Assembly: GCA_973851085.1 (NCBI GenBank)
Contig: OZ316775.1
Location: 5,890,001 to 5,954,000, forward strand
Length of the DNA: 64,000 nt
Direction of reading: 5' to 3'
From: Ptychomitrium polyphyllum
Taxonomy: Eukaryota
Part shown: one piece after another, positions 56,863 to 64,000 of the stretch
How positions within the stretch are numbered: the stretch's first letter is position 1
How the letters are laid out: every line of letters starts with the position of its first letter
Translations under genes and position numbers: made by a program
The notes under the pieces: generated by a model
What the model saw: only the letters and a program-made list of their open reading frames with translations
Databases searched by the model: none
What the model was told of the DNA's origin: nothing

Positions 56863-57082
56863 CAACACAGTGTCGGTTCAGTGATGGTCTTTGAAAGTAG
56901 AACGTTTGAGATTTGAACTGAATTGCAGTCTTACTGAGAGAAAGACCCGAACGAATCAATTATTCTAAGGCTTGACAATCCTATAATTCCCTCTAATTTA
57001 ATGCAGCTCCCAGACTGAGTTTTCGATCGCAGCTCCGTTGTGGCTTGAAATTGAAGGAAGGCTTTTCTTTGCATTTCAGTTC

Positions 57083-57189
57083 AGCAATTAGAGGGCTTTG
57101 AGCCGATCTCTCCTGAAATATTTAGATTCAAAACCCGAGATGAACCAACATCACTTCAGGAGAGAAAGACCCAAAGGCCTTTAGGTGCT
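57083..57189 (-). ncRNA. Hairpin 5, 5p arm CCUUUGGGUCUUUCUCUCCUG (57177-57157)
   Basis: Arms AGCAATTAGAGGGCTTTGAGCCGATCTCTCCTGAA and TTCAGGAGAGAAAGACCCAAAGGCCTTTAGGTGCT. The star arm is more diverged than in the other copies. Confidence 0.7.
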
Positions 57190-57828
57190 CAACACAATGT
57201 CGCTTCATAGTCGCTTGAGCTTGTGTTGAAAATAATGAGGCTGTCGTTGGATGGCAAGGTTGTCTTGGTTGATGAGCAGTTACATACCTCATTTCATGAG
57301 CAAGGACATGCCTGGAAGTCTCCGGGCCGACCTACATGTCTTGATTATTTCAGAGCTTCCATTTTGGATTTGTAAAGATATGGAAGAGGAAGACTCCGAA
57401 CGTTTGCTTAGTGAATCAACGGACACCATTGTGTCTGAATGACGCCGGAGACTTGAGCGTAGCCCTGAGAAGGGACGGCTGCTGTATGTCTTGCTGCATT
57501 GGGATAGATGCGTCCGAAGATCAGGCAAGTAATCAACTGCTCGTGTTTCGATTTTCCTGTAACATCAGTAGTAGATCACACACTGCAGTGTTAGTAGCGA
57601 TACCATAGTGATTCGTGGCACACTATATGTCCATTGTGGCAATTTGTGAGTACCTGTGCAGATCTGCAGATCAAAGCAGAAAATGAAAGATGCACACGAA
57701 CAGCTCTCATTGTTTCAGAATAGAAATATCTAACGACTGCTGTGTCCTTAATTGCCTTGCAGTATCTATTAGCACCGGGGTATAAGCTGCAAATTGCAAG
57801 TGGAGTATCTGCATTTCATTCTCAGGCA

Positions 57829-57922
57829 ACCACGCAAAGGACCCTGGGTCGTATCTCTCCTGAATAGCTCACAGCAAGATGTGTGGATTCAGGAGAGAAA
57901 GACCCAAAGACCCTCATGTGGT
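57829..57922 (-). ncRNA. Hairpin 6, 5p arm UCUUUGGGUCUUUCUCUCCUG (57910-57890)
   Basis: Arms ACCACGCAAAGGACCCTGGGTCGTATCTCTCCTGAAT and ATTCAGGAGAGAAAGACCCAAAGACCCTCATGTGGT. The lower stem and loop differ from hairpins 1-5. Confidence 0.8.
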
Positions 57923-58215
57923 CGACACATTATGCCGTGGCTTAAGCAGCAGCAGCAGCACAGAAGATACGCAATGTAGCCAGATGACGAGCCTGTCTCA
58001 CATACATGCTGAAGTTTCTCTTGAGTGTGCACTCTTCGTGCAGCTAGGATGGGTCAAAACGAATCACGAAGTTCAGTGGATAACCTGTTGCAGCCTTGCT
58101 GGAGCTGAAGCTGGAGCTTGACAGTACAGGACCATTCAACGGGAAGTCAAGCTTGACTAGAAAACTATCTGAAGCTCAAACTGCTTTGTGTTCTATCTCC
58201 CACAGTGAGTGCAGG

Positions 58216-58223
58216 TATTTATA
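58216..58223 (-). promoter_or_regulatory. Candidate TATA box for the pri-miRNA cluster
   Basis: TATAAATA on the minus strand ~300 bp upstream of hairpin 6. Confidence 0.55.
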
Positions 58224-60284
58224 ACCGTTCAGAGTGCTTGCTTTCAGTTGACACTAACTGACACAATCGTATATCTTTACATACTTCTTAACACGGCGCC
58301 GTCTCAAGTTTAGAAAGGTCATTCAATATGACGTACTCCTGCCAGTGCAGAAAAGGCATTCGGATGATAGTTACTGGAACTCAGTGACGTCAATGCGAGC
58401 TCTGACCGGTATTAATTAATGTGGGATGAAAGTATAAGGAAGACTATGCTCTGCATGATGCCCGTTCCGTATGACTCTAAAATGAGGTAATATGATTCTC
58501 AGTCAAAGACTGTACAGTGTTTGTTATTGGTCAAGGTAACCTCCTTTACAACCGCAAGCGCAGCTTGTGTGAAGCGTGTAACGAGGGCATCCCGGCACTT
58601 GCACTGAGGTATTCAGACAGTACTCTCCTGCTCAAGATTTACTTACTTTAACAATGAACTTTGAGAATCATGTCCACAGATACATGGTTGTACATGGGCT
58701 GCAGCAGTCAATGTGTGTATTCAGCTTGTTGATTTGATACACGGAGTGTGGATTCATGTCAGGGCTGGCATAATAACTTCACAGGATAATACTGCAGAAG
58801 ATCAACCTCTGGTAAAGTCAAGACATGATTGTTGACTCCAGTAGAGAATGCCAACATAAAAATAACAATCTGTATCCAATGATATTGCAACTGCCCAGTT
58901 ATGTAGATGCACTGTCCATTGGCCTGGAACAATGAGTTAAGAGTGCAGAATGACAGGTTTCGTAGAATCAGTACAGCAATCCCTCAAGTTTGTTTAATTT
59001 GTGAGCATTATGCACGCAGAGTCGCGATTTTGTTAAGACCGATACCAAAGCGGGGCAAGTGCGTCTGGACAAGCAGCGAAGTGAGAACCGACTAAGGGAA
59101 ACTGCAGGGCGTCGAGGACTTCCTCGTGATCAAATTTTGAGTTACACTATTTGACGTATTTCAAGACTGCACCAAAGGAAATGACAGATCTGAAGGGCAC
59201 AATATACCGAAGTCTGAGCTGTCGCCCCGTATCTAGCTCTGCCTCAATGCTCGGTTTCAAAAGGTTCTAATGTCTGAGTTCAACTTTTCAAGGTGCCTGG
59301 TATTCTGTCAATTAAAGCAATCTTTGTCTCTTTCTGGCGGCGGTTGGGGTGCAGTGTCATGTTGAGGAGTCGACTGATCATCCCTACTTTCAACCAATGT
59401 ATGGTTGTACAGAACTTTTTAATTTCTTTATTGTTACACATCGAATACAGTTCAATTGCAAAAGGAAATAATGTACAGTACAGCGATAGGCTTTCACGGA
59501 TTCGAGGAGCTTATAATTTTCGTCTTCTTTACTTTTGAGATGGCAAACGAAAGACCTTCATTCAAAACTAAAAAGCTTTCAATCTTTTCTTGAAGCGAAC
59601 AGAATTTGTGACTTTCATTGCAGAGTAAATGTTATTGGAATGTGAACGGATTATGTCAAAGTGTTATTTGACTCGCCTTATTGTCATTGGGCAGGGATTA
59701 AACAAATGAAGCTGCATGCAGATATTGAGATCTGAACTATCACAGTCACCAGGATCTCAGCAAGATTTCCAGATAATTCTTCGGAGATTACTGGCAGCTG
59801 TCTGTCTGCATAGAGATTAATTTATTACTGTCGGCAAGGCGTCGGAATCAGACATGAATTCTGCCGTTTGTTCGTGTCTTTCTGGCAGTTGGAACATATA
59901 GGGTGTACCTACTTGAAACCGGAACTCAACTGACAAACTGAGTACATTCCCACTAGCAGCTGAAGACTCGGAAAGAGAAGACGACTTTACTTGTAATTTA
60001 ATATTCGTCTAAGTGGAGGTTTGTGTTCAACCCCCATATTTGATCGAGGGAGAACCATAACCGCGTTTCTAGGAGATCCCAGAAATTGTGATGCAAGAGT
60101 TGGACATACTTATTTCGGTATGTGAATTACAGAGCTGTTTACAGTAGAGTTCTCTCCAGGTCACCAAAGCCAGATCACTAAAGTGATGCCCCTGGTTATT
60201 AAACTCCTAATTTCATTTACGGCGAGTGATTCCTGTGCTTTGAATCAAAAAATTCCTTGCAGTTTGTAGTTGCTTTGGCATGAA

Positions 60285-60320
60285 TTGTCTGTCATGCTTG
60301 TCTGTCATGCTTGTCTGTCA
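60285..60320. repeat. 13-bp tandem repeat (TTGTCTGTCATGC x2.8)
   Basis: Read directly from the sequence. Confidence 0.9.
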
Positions 60321-62015
60321 CGATGAGGAATCTGAGCTCCAAGTAAAACTTATTTAACCCGATTGATCAAATTCAACTCTACTGTGCATGCCGGTCTTCG
60401 GACTCCTGTTTTCAAACTCTTCCCCTTTTCATTAACTTGATTTTCAGATACAATCTTCTTCTCTTTTTCCTTTACATGCGGGTGTTCAGTTGAAAAAAGA
60501 GCAGATTCAGCTACAATCTTCAACTATTACAATGGATGGTTTAACTCTACCATCACCTGCGTTACATTTGTACCTTTATCCGATGCCCACTTGCGGCCAA
60601 TGACTGGAAGTAGAAGCTACTTTAGTGGCTAACGAGTTAAGCTTGACTCACTGCATTGACTGTTCATTACTCGCTCCCTTCTGAATTAAGTGGGTCAAAG
60701 AGAAGCTTAGATATGAGCTGGTTGAGCACATCATGTGTTGTGGTACTGTAACAAAAACCAGATGCAGTGCCCCATGCTGTGCAAAGTTCAAACGATTCAA
60801 TTTTAGGAATCTGTTCCAAGAACATGTAAACGTTTGAATCTTCCATGATGTTATAATTTCAGTTTCGTCGTGATCTTGCAGTTTACATTCGGATATGCAT
60901 TACACGATGCTCTCCTGAGTTGTACAGATCAGGAGAGATCTTTCTTCCTCGTCATTTTCAGCTTGAATCTCCAGATTCAGAAGGGAGCGAATTCAGTAAG
61001 AGAAGAAATTCGAGATAAATAGTCACTCCAACCATCCATTGCTGACTGGTTGCAGGGGGTTGCTCTATAGACATCACCTGCAACTGCAAGTAAGTCAGTG
61101 GCTTCACTACTGTTAAACAATGCAAAAGGTGGTCAATTCCTGTAGTTCCATCTAAACATGGGATTCCACTCCTACAAGTGGAAGTCAACATCGCTGCAGT
61201 GAACAAGCTGGCCAACTCTTTCCCCTCGAAACCTGGATTTTTCCTAGCACATTTTACAAGTTGGAAGTCAACATGCACGAATGTGATCAACAAACTATTC
61301 AAACCAGAAAATCCACAAGTGAAAGTCACCTCCAACAAAGTGGTCAACTCATTCCCTCAAAATATGGAAAAACTCCCGTACGTATCCTAAAACTATTCCG
61401 TATTTGTGTCCTTCACCAAAATCAACAAAACGTTTTTTAACAAATTTTTCCATACTCGTCCCAGCAAACTAATCTCTCAGACTTTTGTCTTCTTTGGATT
61501 TTACAAATATTGGAGAAAGATCTAAGAAAACTGGTTGAACATAACTCAAAGGTCCAACAGTCAAAGAGATCCAACAAACGCTACAATCAACTCAATGATT
61601 GACTTCACTGTGACCCCAGTTTGCAAACCTCGGAAGTCCGGATTGTTTGCAAGTGAATGCAGAAGTCATAATCTTTTGAACGCCAGACTCGGCCAAACCG
61701 AACCAGAACACCGAGTTGGATGGATATTCGACGAGAATCGATCGTTCGTCGAAAGATGGACGAAACTACGACGAGAAATCAGAATGTGCTTGTGGCGATG
61801 TCGACGGCGATGGCAGCATTTGATGATGCACACAACGAGTGCAGGGGTGGTCTCTACCGCAAGTGATATATAGATGATACTCAGGTGATATTGGTGGTAT
61901 ATCAATGTGATACGCAGGCGGGTAGGTGAAGAACATGGACATGGTGGCCATGATGGTGTTGTAAGCCTGTGGAGGTTCTCGTTGTGGCGAGCTTAGCCTT
62001 TGTGAATTTGCGGCC

Positions 62016-63852
62016 ATGGCATCGGAGGGGAGCTCTCTCGCATTTCGGCTGAATCTGCTGGTTGTGGTAAGCTCGATCCACCCGCCTTCTTCATTTTACC
62101 ATACTTGGTGGGGACATGACCTTGTTCAGGCCAGTTCAAGGTTATGGTTAAGCTCGCTTTTGAAGATGTGTGATCTGGTTTCTGTTTTCTGGGAAATTGG
62201 GTCAAGAATCGTATGTTTGAAGAAACATCATTTAATGATGATGTCTAGGTGAGGTTCTCTTAGAAAGAGGATATGACCATATTCGGGCCAGTGCAAGGTT
62301 TAAGGTTAGCCTCGGTTTGAGATCACTGTTGCCTGGTTTTTATGGTTTGAGAGATTGTGTTTAGGATTGCATGCCATGAGAGAGATCATTCAATGATGAT
62401 ATATATGTGGTTTTCTCTTGGTGGAACTGATAATTTAGCGGATCGCATGTGTGGGGTTAGTGATGGTAATCGAAGCAATTGGGGAAATTGATGAATAAGG
62501 GAGCTGTTGGTGGTTTTGGGACTGGGTGTGATTTTGCAATCGATGTTTGGGAACTGGGTTGTGTTGTGTTATAGGATGTTGAATTTGGAATGAAGGTGAG
62601 CAGGAGATCAAGTAAGAGGGTTGTGGCGTTCGTGTTGCATGCGCAGGTGTTGTCAGTTGCGGTGTGGGGTTCCTTGTACTTCAACAAGTATTTACGTGAG
62701 CTTGAATTGACTGCCAGGTGTGTGCTCAGAGTAGAGGTTGAACGTATTCTGTTAGCGCCTTCTGCATTGTGAATCTTGTGTCCTTAGAAATAGTTCCGCA
62801 AAGTCATTTTTTGATCGAGGGTTTTGTTAAGAAATTAGTAGTAGAGAAATTGAAGGTAACTTGATAACACCCGAACTTTATTTTCTGGTCTAACCTTAAA
62901 GAGAAGGAACCGGTGAGCTTTGGCATATGCATGATCTCCACCAAGAATGTTGATTTCATCAATTCAGAGGTTAGCATTGGGTTTTTGTCTATATTATTAA
63001 AACAGGGGAATAGAATTAAGCTTCTCAAGTTGCGAAGACGTGCAAGGTGCAACTAAGGAAAATTTCTTCTGGAAACCTAACTTCTTTAAACCCTAGCAAC
63101 AGTTGGAGCGGGCATAACTTTGGCCTTCTATGTTCTAAAGTTGGTATTGTCTTGCTGTTGCTCTGGAATGGCTTCTTCCAGCAATGCAGGGACATGCCCA
63201 CTTTTGGATTATGGTACGTATGCACATATTTCTCGACCATCTGAGAAGTACATCTCTTTGATACTGCCAGCATATAATGAGGAGGCTCGACTCCGCATTA
63301 CTCTTGATGAAATGTTGAGGTACCTCCTCTACTACTAATCCTGTTTATATTGAGGATTGTTGTTTCGAACAGAAACATCTATATTTGACAGAATCATGTC
63401 ATGCATTGTATGATAGGACCCAGCCAGATACATTAGTATGGTCACGATTTTATCTGGCTATGTCCGTGACGATAATCCTTCCCGTTTTACGTTCTGCAGT
63501 TATCTTCAAAAGCGAGCAGAGAGCGACAAGTTATTCACTTATGAGGTGTCTCCCTTGCGATATGAGTACCTTTTTAGTGGTTTTACCTATTATGTATCTC
63601 AGCTACTGCGCTATTGACTTCATTACCAGTCCTCTCATAGATTATGTAGGTGGAATACACATTGATAAAGCAGCAGGTTTTAATAGCGTTTTGGATTCGC
63701 CTTGTTGGTGGGGCCAGGTAATTATTGTGGACGATGGCAGCACTGACAAGACTCTGGAAATTGCAAAGGAGTATGTAAAAACTTATGGCATCGATACAAT
63801 ACGGGTTCTTAAACAAGTCGTGAACCACGGCAAAGGAGCAGCTGTCAGAAAG
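62016..63852 (+). CDS. ALG5: Dolichyl-phosphate beta-glucosyltransferase (GT2), partial; continues beyond the window
   Basis: Clear exons: ~63190-63319 (EKYISLILPAYNEEARL), 63500-63545 (YLQKRAESDKLFTYE), 63718-63852 (VIIVDDGSTDKT...NHGKGAAVRK). Probable N-terminal TM exons are 62016-62066 and one starting at 62647 (LNLLVV|VLSVAVWGSLYF). The linker exons are unresolved. Confidence 0.88.
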
Positions 63853-64000
63853 GTATTCATGTCCTACCGTGACGATTTCTATTTTTGCTATCAAATTAAC
63901 AGTTGGATACTTCTTTGGATGTTTGTGATACCGTCGCTTTGTGAAGTAGTGTATGCTATGAATAGCTAAGCATTTTAGAAATTTTGTCAAGTCTTGAAGA

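Larger units (their letters stand above)
56062..57922 (-). ncRNA. MIR1039: Polycistronic microRNA cluster of six homologous hairpins, miR1039-like
   Basis: The invariant 22-mer TTCAGGAGAGAAAGACCCAAAG occurs at 56133, 56327, 56528, 56828, 57155 and 57888, each paired with an upstream near-complement (TTGGGTCnnnCTCTCCTGAA). The minus strand reads UCUUUGGGUCUUUCUCUCCUG, which I recall as moss miR1039-5p (not database-checked). Confidence 0.85.

Noticed and set aside
56062..57922. CRISPR array or MITE interpretation of the repeated hairpins
   Set aside because: Eukaryotic context, no cas genes, and spacers that are irregular and mutually homologous. No TSDs, and only one arm is invariant, which fits a miRNA rather than TIRs.
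60910..60937. CTCTCCTGA...TCAGGAGAG mini-hairpin sharing the cluster core
   Set aside because: Only a 9-bp stem with no GGGTC/GACCC extension or lower stem; too short for a precursor and possibly chance.
60958..61873. ORFs of 70-129 aa upstream of ALG5
   Set aside because: No recognisable family, overlapping on both strands, consistent with promoter/UTR sequence.

Overview
Eukaryotic, intron-rich plant DNA, most likely a moss (Physcomitrium-like, inferred from the chromovirus type, gene structure and a miR1039-like sequence). The first ~10.5 kb is a nested retrotransposon graveyard: a decayed Ty3/gypsy chromovirus (protease end, RT, RNase H, integrase, chromodomain, PPT, 3' LTR) interrupted by two solo LTRs, each with a 5-bp target-site duplication. 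The gene space holds an NPH3/BTB (NPY-like) gene (+), a 78-aa three-exon HMA-fold-like gene without CxxC that the ORF track misses (+), a divergent alpha-tubulin (-) with K40R and two consecutive GC-AG introns, a class I HD-Zip gene (+), a 122-aa Pkr1-like membrane protein (-) and the 5' part of ALG5 (+), plus a pogo-like transposon relic. The most striking element is a 1.9-kb array of six homologous hairpins (56062-57922) sharing an invariant 22-nt arm. It folds best on the minus strand below a TATA box and looks like a polycistronic, tandemly amplified miR1039-like microRNA cluster. All exon boundaries were read by eye and no database search was run.
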